DNA of 64,000 nt, from assembly GCA_036172245.1 (NCBI GenBank), contig JAYWIR010000038.1, positions 496,001-560,000 of the forward strand. Reading direction: 5' to 3'. The notes below the pieces were generated by a model, which did not search any database, was not told the DNA's origin, and saw only the letters and a list, made by a program, of their open reading frames with translations. A program made the position numbers and the translations under genes. The stretch is from Raillietiella orientalis. Lineage: Eukaryota. Shown here one piece after another: positions 63,241-64,000 of the stretch (position 1 is the first letter of the stretch; the number at the start of each line of letters is the position of its first letter).

Positions 63241-64000
63241 CCTTTATTTCCACCCGCTCACGCCGGAACGTTTAGTGTACAAAAAATTATTTACGAAATA
63301 AGTCACATCAAGTACAAAAAAATGCCTTCCTTCGTGGTGGCTTCACATGACCACTACGAGATGCCTCGGAGGCGCTGCTTCTCGGGAGCAGCTCCCCCGA
63401 TGAGGTCCACACTGGAGGAGCAGGGCAAGGGGTAAACAAAAACACACACAAGAAAAACACAAAAGTGGAGTTTCAAAAATGTTGGGAGGGAAGGGAAGGG
63501 ATCACAGGTTTATTCCTGGGGTCTTTAGCATCCCCTGGAGGGTGTTGGCAAATTCCTCTTCCTCTTGTTGCCAGAGATGTGGCCTTCCTCACAAAGGAGC
63601 AGACGATTGGGATGACCTCACCGTTCGCCCGGCCCCTTTCGGCGCGGCTTCTCGCCGCCACCATCCCACGAATGCATCACAGAACTGCAAGGGAGGAAGC
63701 TGCAGGCGACATCGAGTCGCGTGCGAAGAGGCGGCGCAAGACCTCACCGTCATTGTCCGCGGGGAGTGGGAGGGCCGCAGCGAAGCGTTCCCGGACGCTC
63801 AGGAGGGCAACGACACAATCGGACAACCGGTGCGGGGGAGAGGGTTTCCCGTTCCTCGCACCTGGCACAGTCTGGGTCCGTACTCCCCCCTGTCCAGTGC
63901 GTTGCATGGGATCGCCCTGCGAAGCAGCTGCAATGCCGAGTCCCGGCACTCCAGGGGAAGCGTGGAGCTGTCCACACACACTGGAAGTACTTCTGCCTCT
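63241..64000 (-). mobile_element. Near-identical second copy of the LINE 3' segment at 40187-40951 (runs off the window)
   Basis: Direct comparison shows only a few substitutions and small indels; identity starts exactly at the tail. Confidence 0.93.

Overview
Eukaryotic (probably invertebrate animal) genomic DNA. It is mostly a GC-rich graveyard of mobile elements with one AT-rich island (~47.9-52.6 kb) holding an apparently intact multi-exon PDCD7 (U11/U12-59K) gene with ~40-55 nt introns. Mobile content: (1) many fragments of an L1/Tx1-like APE-RT LINE family (YADD at ~31973) sharing a 3' AATAAA + CCCGG-N5-CCGGG stem-loop tail; (2) a tRNA-headed ~0.4-0.9 kb repeat that in one place continues into LINE ORF1-like sequence; (3) a probable RLE-type (R4-like) relic; (4) a palindromic mariner derivative. 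There are also an intronless BRX1 fragment fused to a LINE tail and an interrupted ankyrin-repeat pseudogene. The main unexpected signal is that the sequence between the transposons contains many short, intronless, highly diverged ORFs and pseudogenes that align, often without gaps, to barrier-to-autointegration factor (BAF/BANF1). Three open frames are reasonably convincing (34620-35045, 36655-37008, 58821-59147), and roughly 25-30 weaker decayed candidates lie in clusters. All homology calls are by eye against remembered family sequences and need HMM or structure confirmation; boundaries of degraded elements are approximate.
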